The notes beneath the pieces are model-generated. The model was not told the origin of the DNA and made no database searches. It worked only from the letters and a program-made list of their open reading frames with translations. From Longimicrobiales bacterium (GTDB lineage Bacteria; Gemmatimonadota; Gemmatimonadetes; Longimicrobiales; Gaopeijiaceae), in the NCBI GenBank assembly GCA_965219445.1, contig CBDCNQ010000002.1:544001-608000 (forward strand): 64,000 nucleotides of DNA, written 5' to 3'. Below are positions 1-9,650 of the stretch, one piece after another (position 1 is the stretch's first letter; each line of letters opens with the position of its first letter). The position numbers and the translations under genes were made by a program.

Positions 1-12
1 CAGACGTAACGG

Positions 13-48
13 GCCCCCGGCGGCATAGCCGTCGGGGGCTTTCATTTT
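13..48 (+). terminator. Rho-independent terminator
   Basis: 12-bp GC stem gcccccggcggc/gccgtcgggggc (one G-U), 3-nt loop, then tttcatttt. Confidence 0.7.
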
Positions 49-153
49 GGGCCTGGTGAGACCGAGAGCTCAATTGGACGTGCCGACCATGGCGGCCAAT
101 CGGGGTGAATAAGGTGACCAACTGTGGCCGCAAAGCATTATGAGTGAAGTGTC

Positions 154-1194
154 CTACAGGTCAGGGCACAAGGATCGAAGTACTTCGACGTCACCCGGCT
201 GGACTCCAGGCGCTCCATTCGCCGGATCCGTCTGAGCGACTTCCTCCCCCATGATACCTCCGGGCACGGTATTGTGGCCGAGTCCCAGGGCATGGCCCAA
301 CTCGTGGGCGGCCACATGGACGAGGTTCTCCCAACCGTCGAACCGGTAAATCCGTATCTCCCGGGTGACCGACGCGACCTCCCCATCCTGTACATGGACG
401 GCTTCCCGGTACGTACCGGATTCGAGGCGCCTCGCGGGAAACGCAGCGAAAAGGTTTTCTGCTTCTATCCGGTGGGCCTCCACCTCCTGCTCGAGTCGCT
501 CGGACTCCTCTTCCAGCTGTTGCCTCAGCTCGTCGATCTCTCGCCCCCGAGTCGTCAGTTCCTCGCGCTCCGCGTCGAGCAGGCTCGCGGATGTGTCGAG
601 TCCTGCTCGCACGTCCGCCGGAGCACCACCCGACGCGTTCCAATCGCGGATGGTGTCGTTGAGGCTGGCCACCCGTCGGTCGAGTTGCCGAAGGGCCGCC
701 TGGTGTTGCCCGCGGGTCCCAACGTTTCGTCGCATCATCTCGTTGAGTCCGGTCCTCCGGGCCTCGAGGTTCGCGCTGGTCTCGTTGTACTCCAGTTCGA
801 GGCGGCGAATCTGCAACGTTCTCTCCTGACGGTCATCATAGACCAGCCGGACGGAAAGCTCTCCATCGGACTCGTTCGAAAACAGACCGACGCCAACCGC
901 CTCCTCCCAGAGCGTGGCAGCTTGGCTCAAGGCCGCCCTCGCCTCTTCGTAACTCAGTCCGAACGGGTCGTCGACCCTAGCGATACTCCATCCGAGCGGT
1001 ACCGCGCAGGCAATTGCAGACCCCCCCGTTCGCTCCCGGAGGTAGGGCGCATCGTTCAAGGATGTAGAGACTGGTGCGGGCTGCGAACCCTCCGCCTCAA
1101 CGGTGCTCGGATCGGTCCGGGCACCGTAGAAAATCCAGGCAAGAAATCCGAAGACCGAGAGGATCGCCCCGAAGGGCGCGAAACGGTTAGTCAT
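154..1194 (-). CDS. Matrixin-like (M10/metzincin) zinc metalloprotease with N-terminal TM and coiled-coil insertion
   Basis: HELGHALGLGH zinc motif, Met-turn-like GIMG, hydrophobic N-terminus, long E/R/L-rich helical middle. Confidence 0.85.
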   Translation of the reverse strand: MTNRFAPFGAILSVFGFLAWIFYGARTDPSTVEAEGSQPAPVSTSLNDAPYLRERTGGSAIACAVPLGWSIARVDDPFGLSYEEARAALSQAATLWEEAVGVGLFSNESDGELSVRLVYDDRQERTLQIRRLELEYNETSANLEARRTGLNEMMRRNVGTRGQHQAALRQLDRRVASLNDTIRDWNASGGAPADVRAGLDTSASLLDAEREELTTRGREIDELRQQLEEESERLEQEVEAHRIEAENLFAAFPARRLESGTYREAVHVQDGEVASVTREIRIYRFDGWENLVHVAAHELGHALGLGHNTVPGGIMGEEVAQTDPANGAPGVQPGDVEVLRSLCPDL

Positions 1195-1308
1195 ACTGGG
1201 TCCCCTGCACCAAGCGACGGGACGCGGCTTGCTTCCCGCGCCTCGAGTCTATTGAATTGGTCTGCACTGGAGTTGGCCCCGCACGGTGGACGGTTTTGGA
1301 CTAGAGAT

Positions 1309-2157
1309 TCACGCGGCGGGGGCGTGTTCCTTTTCGTAGTTAAGAGGAGACAATTGGCCGAGGGCAGAGTGCCGTCGGTGGGGATTGTACCAGGCTTCGA
1401 TGAAGTCGAACACGGCCATCCTGGCCTCGGCCTGATTGCGGAAGCTCTTTCGTTCGATGAGTTCGGTCTCGAGCGTGGCGAAGAAGCTCTCGCACATCGC
1501 GTTATCGTACGCGTCGCCGACCGAGCCCATCGAGGGTCGGACGCTGGCCTCTTTGCAGCGTAGGCCGAAGGCGATCGAGGTGTACTGGGTACCCTGATCG
1601 CTATGATGGATGACACCGTTCGGTCGTCGTTGCTGCAGCGCCATGTTCAGCGCGTCGAGCACGAGATCGGTCTTGAGATGCGTCTTCATCGACCATCCGA
1701 CCACATGGCGGCTCCACGCATCGACGACGACTGACAGGTACAAGAAGCCGCTCCAGGTCGGCACGTAGGTGATGTCGGCAACCCAGAGCTGGTCCGGGCC
1801 GTGCACACTGAAGTCGCGCGCGACGAGATCGGGGGCAGGTCGAGCATCTCTGTTTCGCTTCGTCGTGCGCCACTTCCTTCGCCGCGTAGCGCCTTGTAGT
1901 CCTGCCAGCCTCATCAGACGACGCACCCGCTTGTGGTTGACCTGCCAGCCGTCGTCCCTGAGCTCGGCGTACATCCGTGGCTGGCCATACGTCTCACGGC
2001 TGAACGTGTGGATCTCACGCATCCGACCTAGCAGTCGCTCGTTCTCGACCGCGCGATGCGATGGAGGACGCTTTCTCCATGCGTAGTACCCGCTGGGCGA
2101 GACGCTCAGGACTTCGCACATCATCTGCACGCTGAACTCGGCCTGGTTGGCCCTCAC
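1309..2157 (-). CDS. IS3 transposase OrfB (DDE integrase core)
   Basis: WVADITY, HHSDQGTQY, DNAMCESFF motifs. Confidence 0.93.
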   Translation of the reverse strand: MRANQAEFSVQMMCEVLSVSPSGYYAWRKRPPSHRAVENERLLGRMREIHTFSRETYGQPRMYAELRDDGWQVNHKRVRRLMRLAGLQGATRRRKWRTTKRNRDARPAPDLVARDFSVHGPDQLWVADITYVPTWSGFLYLSVVVDAWSRHVVGWSMKTHLKTDLVLDALNMALQQRRPNGVIHHSDQGTQYTSIAFGLRCKEASVRPSMGSVGDAYDNAMCESFFATLETELIERKSFRNQAEARMAVFDFIEAWYNPHRRHSALGQLSPLNYEKEHAPAA

Positions 2158-2468
2158 GAACTCGAACGCTTCGGGGGCACCGAGTCGGACTCCTGAGCGA
2201 ACCAGGCCGCGGCTTTTTTTAGGATCTCCCGCTCGACACGAAGCCGCTTGTTCTCACGCCGAAGCTCGCGGAGCTCCTCGCGCTCTGACGACGTCAGGCC
2301 GTCGCTTCTGACTCCCGTGTCGAGGTCCGTCTGCTTCACCCAATTGTGGATCGTCTGCGCTGTGGGCTCAAACTCCCGACTCAGCTCCTCAGGCGTGCGA
2401 CCTGCTTTGACCAGCTCCACCATCTGCTGGCGGAACTCCAACGAATACGGCGGTCTCGTTCTTGGCAT
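2154..2468 (-). CDS. IS3 transposase OrfA (HTH)
   Basis: YSLEFRQQMV...ELRRENKRLRVEREILKKAAAWFA. Confidence 0.92.
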   Translation of the reverse strand: MPRTRPPYSLEFRQQMVELVKAGRTPEELSREFEPTAQTIHNWVKQTDLDTGVRSDGLTSSEREELRELRRENKRLRVEREILKKAAAWFAQESDSVPPKRSSS

Positions 2469-2679
2469 CGTGGACTCCTCTCTCTAAAGAGAATAGGTGT
2501 CCACCGTGCGGGCCCAACTCCAGCCCTTCACAAGGCCGGCGTCCAGTGGGGGAGCCCTTGTGGGCATCGATACCGCTTTGTAATCTCAGGGACCGAGCGT
2601 ACGGATGGTCGAGCGTTCACTCTCCCGGTTCGTCACGCGGATGGGGAAACAGTAGTCCCAACACGACAAAGGTGGCTAG

Positions 2680-3555
2680 GTGGGCCCACGGACCGAGGGG
2701 CGACGTCAGCGCGACTCGCTCTACGAGACCGCCAACATGGCGTGGAAGGCGGGCTGGGGAAACACCCTAGCCTGGTCGACGATGCTGGCCGTGGCCGCTC
2801 ATGCAGCCGCTTTTGCTTTCTGGCCGACTTGGGAAAACTCTGATTCATTTCTCGAGCCCGATATTGAACTTCTGGGAACGGCATGGACGGCACTGTACCC
2901 ACCGCCAACGAGTGGCAGCGGTGGTGGTGTGCCGGTGGCATCTCTGGCGCTGATCGAAGAGCCGGACTCGCTTCCAATCCAAGAAGTGGATGCCACGTCA
3001 ATCATCGGGGGTTCCGAACTGGCCCAGGGGGCCTTCTCAACCAGGCTTAGAGAGCGTCTCGCCGGTCCTGGCAGTCCTGGCCCGACGCTCGTGCAGTTCA
3101 GTTCGGCGACCGGCCCCCCGGGCGTGGGCGACGATCGGGGGGATAGCCGTGATGAAGAAGAAGAGGACGAACCGGATCCCGCGCCGGGCGACCTGGCGCT
3201 CCTCTTGGAAACGAGCTCCCTGGATCTTTCACGGCTGTCCGGCGTGCGCCCCCAGATCGTTCTGCCGGGGACATCGGCGTGGATTCTAATTCGGAACCCC
3301 ACCGAGGTGGACCGGTTCATGAGCGGGAGCACTCGAGAGGGAGCTTCCGCAGCCAACGGACTGGTCGACGTAACCGTGTGGATCGACGAATGGGGCTCCG
3401 TCGAGTGGGCCGAGATCAGCAGATCCAGTGGGCGTCAGGAGATGGACGAGATCGCCCTCGCTCTGTTCAACGAGGTCGCATCCTTCCGACCCGCCCGAGA
3501 TCGAGGTGTACGCGTATCACAGTCCGTGATTTTCTCCGTTCCGTTCCCTTGGTAG
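2680..3555 (+). CDS. TonB-family energy transducer
   Basis: TM helix with conserved His (VAAHAAAF), Pro/acidic linker, TonB_C-like end (IDEWGSV..SSG..MDEIAL..FRPA). Confidence 0.75.
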   Translation: MGPRTEGRRQRDSLYETANMAWKAGWGNTLAWSTMLAVAAHAAAFAFWPTWENSDSFLEPDIELLGTAWTALYPPPTSGSGGGVPVASLALIEEPDSLPIQEVDATSIIGGSELAQGAFSTRLRERLAGPGSPGPTLVQFSSATGPPGVGDDRGDSRDEEEEDEPDPAPGDLALLLETSSLDLSRLSGVRPQIVLPGTSAWILIRNPTEVDRFMSGSTREGASAANGLVDVTVWIDEWGSVEWAEISRSSGRQEMDEIALALFNEVASFRPARDRGVRVSQSVIFSVPFPW

Positions 3556-5027
3556 GCTCTCGACAAGCCCTCCCCCTTCTCTCCGCACCGATTCTTACGC
3601 GGGAGGCCGGCTCCGCGCCCGTCAATCCTGGGTCGCGCAGATGCAGGCGCTTCAGCAGCGTTCTCTGGTGTGCTGCGGTCCTCGTTTTCAGCGGGTGCGC
3701 CGCGGCGCCGTCTGGACCCGTGGGCCCTGTGATCTCACCAACAGGAATCGTCTACGAGCTGGGGACGCCGCCCGTCGGCACTCGCTTCTCACAAACAGGG
3801 GCGCTCTATCTTACCCAGGGGTTCAATGCCCGGACGCTGGAACTCGCGAATCAAGGCATCGAAGACGACCCGGAGAATCCGATTCATTACTTGCTGGCGG
3901 GGCTGGCACTCGTGCGGCTCCAGGAGTACAGCGAAGCGGACGCGATGTTCGCCAAGGCGCAGCAGATCTACCCAGCGTATGAACTCGATATCGAACCCGA
4001 GCGCGAGGCGGCGTGGATCGAGTTGTTCAACGCAGGAATCGCGGCGTTCGCCGAGGAGGACATCGAGGGTACGATCGAAGCTTGGGAACAGGCAGGAATG
4101 ATGTGGGACCTCCGTCCAGACGCGTCATTGAATCTCGCGACCCTATTCAACGGTGAGGGCCGGTGGGATGAGGCCATTGAGGCCCATCAGAGGGTGGTCG
4201 CGGGTCTTGGGCGGAGGCCCGTCACGCGAGTGCTCACCGAAGAAGAGGTTCAAGAGCGCGAGGATCTGAAAATGCGAAGCGAACAAAGCCACACTCAGCT
4301 CCTCCTCTTCAGGGAGCGTTTCGCCGAGGCTGAACCGCTACTTCAGCGCCACCTCGAGGCTGAACCAACGAGTATCCAGGTCCGGGGTGATCTTGCCGCG
4401 GCGCTCAATGGGTTGGGAAGGGATGCTGAGGCCGCGGAGATCTATACCGGTCTTCTCTCCGAGACCGGTCTGGAGACCAGAGAACTCTTCAGCGTTGGCG
4501 TCGCCCTATATCGTGCGACCGAATACATGGCGGCGGCCGAGGCGTTCGAACAACTGACGCAACGCGAGCCGGACTCGCGTGACGCGTGGTTCAACTACGC
4601 GAATGCCCTGTTGGCAGCCCAGGCGTGGGAGCTGTTAGCAGCTGTGGGTGATCGATTGGCCGAAGTGGATCCCCTGGGGGAGAACTCCGGTCTGATCGCG
4701 GCGCGAGCCCATCTGGAACTCGGAGACGAGCAATCCGCAGTGCAAGGGCTGAGTAGAACCGAATCCGCTCCAATCTACCTGGAGGAACTTCAATTTCGAC
4801 CGTCCCAAACGGAGACGAGCCTCCAAGGGCAAGTGGTCGGAAACGTTGCAGAACCGGGGAGTGAGGTCCGTCTCCGTTTCACATTCTATCGCGCCGACGG
4901 CACGCCAGGGACGGAGCTTCTCACGGTTTCGGCTCCCCCTTCCGGAGTGAGCGCGCGGTTCGAGGTCTCCTTTCCGGAGCAAGCTACGGCGTACCGGTAC
5001 GAGCTTGTGCAGCCTCCGCTTCCCTAG
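3549..5027 (+). CDS. Tetratricopeptide-repeat lipoprotein (start uncertain; TTG at 3549 assumed)
   Basis: Lipobox-like VFSGC, many TPR-like helices (DAWFNYANALL), C-terminal beta domain. Confidence 0.7.
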   Translation: MVGSRQALPLLSAPILTREAGSAPVNPGSRRCRRFSSVLWCAAVLVFSGCAAAPSGPVGPVISPTGIVYELGTPPVGTRFSQTGALYLTQGFNARTLELANQGIEDDPENPIHYLLAGLALVRLQEYSEADAMFAKAQQIYPAYELDIEPEREAAWIELFNAGIAAFAEEDIEGTIEAWEQAGMMWDLRPDASLNLATLFNGEGRWDEAIEAHQRVVAGLGRRPVTRVLTEEEVQEREDLKMRSEQSHTQLLLFRERFAEAEPLLQRHLEAEPTSIQVRGDLAAALNGLGRDAEAAEIYTGLLSETGLETRELFSVGVALYRATEYMAAAEAFEQLTQREPDSRDAWFNYANALLAAQAWELLAAVGDRLAEVDPLGENSGLIAARAHLELGDEQSAVQGLSRTESAPIYLEELQFRPSQTETSLQGQVVGNVAEPGSEVRLRFTFYRADGTPGTELLTVSAPPSGVSARFEVSFPEQATAYRYELVQPPLP

Positions 5028-5044
5028 TGTGGTGGTGGCTCCCT

Positions 5045-6457
5045 TTAGGGAACGAGCAGCCGAACGATTCCGTCGTACTTGTTGAGCAGGAAAACCTGAT
5101 CATCGGGCCCTGGGCCGAAGCGCAGATCCGCGCGTGAGGCGGGCGGCTTGCCTTGGTCCGCGTTTTTTTCTTGAATGAGCTGAAGTAGTGTCTTCCCCTC
5201 GCCGGCGTCGTTGAGCAAGATGCGGCGGATGGCATCCTGTCCGCCGCTCGGGAGATCGTCGGCCTGGATATAGAAGATCTCTCCGCTCGGCTGGTCCGCG
5301 AACAGAACGAGGTCCGCAAGCTGGGGAATCGCATCGTCGCGGTACACGTGGAGGCCGGCAGCGGCCGATTGGGGCTGGAGTAACGGATCCAGTTGCCCCC
5401 ACTCCACCACCGGATACGTAACAGCGCGGTCGCCGCGCTGGTTGGCGAGATCGACCGCAGTTCGGCTGATAAACCGAAAACTCCCCTCCCAGACGTTCCA
5501 CCCGAGGTTGGCCCCGGCCGTGACCAGAGTGAGCTTCTCCACGATGTTCTGGCCGATGTCAGCGAGAAACATGCTGCCGTTCACCGGGTCCCAGCCGAAA
5601 CGCTGCGCATTTCGGATACCATAGGCATAGATTTCGCCCAGTGTTTCGTCGTCCCCGTCTCCTGCGAACGGGTTGCTGGCGGGGATCCCGTACTCGCCGT
5701 TGCCGCTGTTCGAGCCCAGCGGATCGATACGTAGGACTTTCCCGAAGATTGAGGCGAGGTTCTGCGCGTGGTTGAGCGGGTCGCCTCCGCTGCCTCCGTC
5801 CGCGACGGACACATAGAGCAGACCGAAGTCGGCGTCACCGGGCGAAGGAAGCGGGTTGAAACCGATCTGACCACCGTTGTGGTTGCGAAAGGGTTGTTCT
5901 ATCCGGAGCAGTTCCCGTGGTGGGCGGCCATCGTAGCTCCTGCCCCCGGGATTACTGGCGGTCCATTCGAGGAGGACCGTGTCATGCGCGTTTTCGCCAC
6001 CGCTCGGGGTGAAGTCGGGCGTCGGATCGATATTTCTGCTGTCCGTCCACGTGTAGAACTTCCCGTAACCACCAGTGCCGGGCTGACCGAACTGGGGATG
6101 GAAGGCGAAGCTCTGGAAGCCGGTTTCGCGCCTTTCGGATCGAACCCCGACTTCCCACCTCGGATCGTCGATGTCGACGTACTCGGTGACCGTCCGGCCA
6201 TCGTAGCTGACACTGTAGATCGGACCGCGCATGTCGTTGACGAATATGCGACCGGTGCCCGGCTCATCGACCAGCCGCATCATGCGCGCGGCTGTTCCAT
6301 CGATGTCCGGGATCGAAGTGAACTCGACGAAGTTGACGCGGATCACGCCCTCCCTCGATGCAATCGGATCCGGAAAGGGGTCGTTGGACGTCTGTGCAAA
6401 CAATGGAGACACGGTTAACAACGCCGCGGTCATCATGAGTTTTGCGTGTATGGTCAT
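5045..6457 (-). CDS. PQQ-dependent sugar dehydrogenase family (glucose/sorbosone dehydrogenase-like)
   Basis: Signal peptide; NHNGGQIGF, DGGSGGDP, GKVLRID, EIYAYGIRN motifs. Confidence 0.85.
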   Translation of the reverse strand: MTIHAKLMMTAALLTVSPLFAQTSNDPFPDPIASREGVIRVNFVEFTSIPDIDGTAARMMRLVDEPGTGRIFVNDMRGPIYSVSYDGRTVTEYVDIDDPRWEVGVRSERRETGFQSFAFHPQFGQPGTGGYGKFYTWTDSRNIDPTPDFTPSGGENAHDTVLLEWTASNPGGRSYDGRPPRELLRIEQPFRNHNGGQIGFNPLPSPGDADFGLLYVSVADGGSGGDPLNHAQNLASIFGKVLRIDPLGSNSGNGEYGIPASNPFAGDGDDETLGEIYAYGIRNAQRFGWDPVNGSMFLADIGQNIVEKLTLVTAGANLGWNVWEGSFRFISRTAVDLANQRGDRAVTYPVVEWGQLDPLLQPQSAAAGLHVYRDDAIPQLADLVLFADQPSGEIFYIQADDLPSGGQDAIRRILLNDAGEGKTLLQLIQEKNADQGKPPASRADLRFGPGPDDQVFLLNKYDGIVRLLVP

Positions 6458-6663
6458 CCGAGTTCCTTTGCCTTCTGGTTCAATTCCCGGGGCATCTTAC
6501 AATCAAGATATCCGACTGAAAAGGGCGCATGTGTTGCAATGTGGCAGACGTCTCCTACTTTCCTCCTGTTATTCCGCTCTGGCCTCGAGACGCCGCATGG
6601 GATGACCTGTGGACTGTCACGCCGGAGCTGGAGGCGAGCGACACGACATAAAGGGAGGCCGCC

Positions 6664-7758
6664 ATGAACGTATCGAAAAGAGTTGGATTGAAGCTGGCAA
6701 TAGCCAGCGCGGCACTGATGGTGCTGGGTGTAGAGGGCGCCCTCGCCCAGACGCTGCCACTGGTCAGCATACCGCCGATCAACGACCTGCCCAATCCGTA
6801 TCGCAGCGTGGACGGTTGGGCAGTGCTTCCCGACAACCGGGAGTGGGGATCGACCGCCGGAGTGGACATCGATCCGGACGGCGCCCACCTGTGGGCCATC
6901 GATCGGTGCGGCAGCAACAGCTGCGCCGACTCCGACGACGATCCAATCCTCAAATTCGATACTGAGGGGAACGTCGTGGCGAGTCTGGGCGGCGGGCTTC
7001 TGCTCTTCCCTCACGGGCTTCACGTGGACCGTGACGGCAACGTGTGGGTGACGGATGCGCGAGGACCGGACCCCTCGAATCCGAACACTGCGGGCAAGGG
7101 CCACGTGGCGATCAAGTTCAGTCCGCAGGGGGAAGTTCTTCTGACGCTCGGCTCACCGGGGGTCGCCGGAGACGGCACGGATGAATTGCTCAACACACCC
7201 TGCGACGTCGTTACCGACGCAGACGGCAACATCTACGTCGGCGACGGCCACGAGGGTCAAGGAACGGATGCGGGCCCGGAGACCGTCGCGCGCATCGCCA
7301 AATTCGACAGGTCCGGACGTTTCGTCGGGTCCTGGGGCAATTGGGGGGGCGGTGCTGGTGAAATGCGCACTCCCCATGCCGTGGACATCGACTCTCGAGG
7401 CCGGTTGATCGTCGGCGACCGCGGCAACAATCGGCTCCAGATATTTCAGCTCGACGGTACCTATGTCGGTGAGTTGAAGCAGTTCGGCCGCCCGAGCGGA
7501 ATCTATATTGCGGACAACGATATCATTTATGTGGCCGATTCGGAGTCGGCGTTCGACCAGCAGCGGAACCCGGGCTGGAAGCCGGGTATCCGTGTCGGGA
7601 GCCTCATGGACGGGCTCTCCGTCTCTTTCATAGACGGAGCCGTCGAGGCCTATCCCAATGGCTCGAACCCCGAGGGCGTGGCGGTGGACGCGGCCGGTAA
7701 CGTCTACGGAGCGGTGGTGTCCGGTGGAGGTGCTTTGGTGAGATCAACCAGGCGCTAG
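6664..7758 (+). CDS. Secreted NHL-repeat beta-propeller (peptidyl-alpha-hydroxyglycine lyase-like)
   Basis: Signal peptide; FPHGLHVDRDGNVWVTD, PHAVDIDSRGRLIVGDRGNNRLQIF. Confidence 0.85.
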   Translation: MNVSKRVGLKLAIASAALMVLGVEGALAQTLPLVSIPPINDLPNPYRSVDGWAVLPDNREWGSTAGVDIDPDGAHLWAIDRCGSNSCADSDDDPILKFDTEGNVVASLGGGLLLFPHGLHVDRDGNVWVTDARGPDPSNPNTAGKGHVAIKFSPQGEVLLTLGSPGVAGDGTDELLNTPCDVVTDADGNIYVGDGHEGQGTDAGPETVARIAKFDRSGRFVGSWGNWGGGAGEMRTPHAVDIDSRGRLIVGDRGNNRLQIFQLDGTYVGELKQFGRPSGIYIADNDIIYVADSESAFDQQRNPGWKPGIRVGSLMDGLSVSFIDGAVEAYPNGSNPEGVAVDAAGNVYGAVVSGGGALVRSTRR

Positions 7759-7779
7759 GCTTTCGTCAGATAACACCAA

Positions 7780-7815
7780 GAAGGCCCCTCCCGAAAATCT
7801 CGTGGAGGGGCCTTC
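7780..7815. terminator. Hairpin between convergent genes, probable bidirectional terminator
   Basis: Perfect 12-bp stem gaaggcccctcc/ggaggggccttc. Confidence 0.65.
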
Positions 7816-7859
7816 ACTTATCGTCAATAACTCCAAATAATTACGTAGATGACCGGAGT

Positions 7860-8852
7860 CTAGTTTTTCACAAACTTCTTCAGATTCCGCCCCGAAACCT
7901 CACCAGCGTATACGTTCCCCATTCTGTCCACGGCTACGCCCTCCGGCAGCGCATTTTCGATGAATCCGATCTCCGAGAAATCGTTGGCGTTCGCGATCAC
8001 GATACCTTTTCTCAACTGGTAGTCCGCGACGTACAGTACGTCGTCGTCGGTGATGTCTATTCCGCTCGCCATGATGCCCCGCCACTCGTCGAGGTAGCGT
8101 CCGTTCTGGTCGAAGACCTGAATCCGCTCATTCCTACGGTCGCCCACGAAGAGGCGCCCTCTCGAGTCGAAGGCAAGGCAGTGGGGTTCGCTGAATTGTC
8201 CGGGACCGGTCCCTGCCCCGCCCCACGACATGATGAACTCACCGTCCTTCGAGAACTTCACGACGCGGTTGTTTCCGTGTCCATCGACTACGAAGATGTC
8301 ACCATTGGGAGCCACCACGACGTCTGCGGGACCATCGAACGTGTTCTGCCCCTCACCCGCGACGCCGGCTGTGCCTAGGGTCATCAAAAGCGTGCCGTCC
8401 GAGGTGAACTTCTTGACCTGATGGCCCTTGCCTGCTTCCCCGCGGGCATCCGTCGTCCATACGTTCCCGTCGTCGTCCAGGAAAAACCCGTGGGGCCAGA
8501 TGAACAGCCCCTCACCCCAACTGTCCACGAGCCTGCCAGAGGCGTCGTATTTGAGAACAGGGGTCACGTTTTCGCGCCCCTCGTCGCAGCTCGTCGAAAA
8601 ACACCGATGAAAGATCCAGAGGTTGCCATCGGCATCGATCTCTACCCCGATGGTCTGACCCCACGCGTTTACTCCGCTCGGTAGTTGAGCCCATCCGTCG
8701 ACGAGTCGGTAAGTCGACTCCTGGGGCTGAGCACCTTCCGGAGCAATCACGAAGGTGGCGAGGAGTGCTGCGATGAGACCAGATCCGATTCGATCCGCAA
8801 ATAGCATCAGGGGCCTCCAGACGTGCATGAGACGAGCATCGAGCTGAGTCAC
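7860..8852 (-). CDS. Secreted NHL-repeat beta-propeller (PAL-like)
   Basis: WPHGFFLDDDGNVWTTD, PHCLAFDSRGRLFVGDRRNERIQVF. Confidence 0.85.
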   Translation of the reverse strand: MTQLDARLMHVWRPLMLFADRIGSGLIAALLATFVIAPEGAQPQESTYRLVDGWAQLPSGVNAWGQTIGVEIDADGNLWIFHRCFSTSCDEGRENVTPVLKYDASGRLVDSWGEGLFIWPHGFFLDDDGNVWTTDARGEAGKGHQVKKFTSDGTLLMTLGTAGVAGEGQNTFDGPADVVVAPNGDIFVVDGHGNNRVVKFSKDGEFIMSWGGAGTGPGQFSEPHCLAFDSRGRLFVGDRRNERIQVFDQNGRYLDEWRGIMASGIDITDDDVLYVADYQLRKGIVIANANDFSEIGFIENALPEGVAVDRMGNVYAGEVSGRNLKKFVKN

Positions 8853-8922
8853 TTTCGAACCTATGGGGGCTGGCCCGGCCCGGCAAACCGACGAATCGGG
8901 TGGCCCAATGAGGCCGTGCCCC

Positions 8923-9585
8923 TTATCGCTTCCGGGCCAGCGTCAGCCCATCCCCCACGGGCAGCAAGCTCAGAGTCACTCGCTCGTCTTCGGCTAGCTT
9001 CGCGTTGATGGCACGGATGGCTTCGGTGTCCACGTCCGTCGCCGCAGGATCCACCACCTTCCCTTCCCACAGCGTGTTGTCGAGCGCGATGAGGCCGCCG
9101 GTACGCGTCAACTCCAGAGCTCGTTCGTAATACATGTCGTAGCCCTCTTTGTCGGCATCGATGAAGGCGAAGTCGAAGGTCCCGGCGCACCCCTCCGTCA
9201 GGAGACCGTCGAGGGTCTCCACGGCGGGCGCCAACCTCAGGTCGATCTTGTGGGCAACTCCGGCCTCCTCCCAATACCGTCGTGCAATCGTGGTCCATTC
9301 CTCGCTGATGTCACACGCCACCAGACGGCCGTCATCCGGCAGAGCCAGAGCCACCGCGAGGGCGCTATATCCCGTAAACGTGCCCACTTCCAAAACGTTC
9401 CGGGCCCCCATGAGCTCCACCAGGAAAGACATGAACTGCCCTTGCTCGGGCCCGATTTGCATGTTGGCTTTCTCCAAAGGAGCTGTTTCCTCTCTGAGCC
9501 GCTTCATCACGGGCGGCTCCCGCAGGGACACGTCCAAGATGTAGTCGTATAGCTCCTCGGGGAGGTTGTTGGTACGGCGGGTCAC
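8923..9585 (-). CDS. Class I SAM-dependent O-methyltransferase (caffeoyl-CoA OMT-like)
   Basis: [31 protein letters not shown] motifs. Confidence 0.92.
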   Translation of the reverse strand: MTRRTNNLPEELYDYILDVSLREPPVMKRLREETAPLEKANMQIGPEQGQFMSFLVELMGARNVLEVGTFTGYSALAVALALPDDGRLVACDISEEWTTIARRYWEEAGVAHKIDLRLAPAVETLDGLLTEGCAGTFDFAFIDADKEGYDMYYERALELTRTGGLIALDNTLWEGKVVDPAATDVDTEAIRAINAKLAEDERVTLSLLPVGDGLTLARKR

Positions 9586-9650
9586 AGTTCGGTCCTCACA
9601 ACGGGTCCGGGCTCATGGGCACCGCTCAAGGGTAGGCCACGTCCGACCAC

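Larger units (their letters stand above)
1268..2522 (-). mobile_element. IS3-family insertion sequence
   Basis: Terminal IRs TGGAGTTGGCCCCGCACGGTGGAC / GTCCACCGTGCGGGCCCAACTCCA; orfA+orfB; A7G slippery site at 2213-2220. Confidence 0.93.

Noticed and set aside
1264..2526. Target-site duplication of the IS3
   Set aside because: Flanks gcac and gccc do not match exactly
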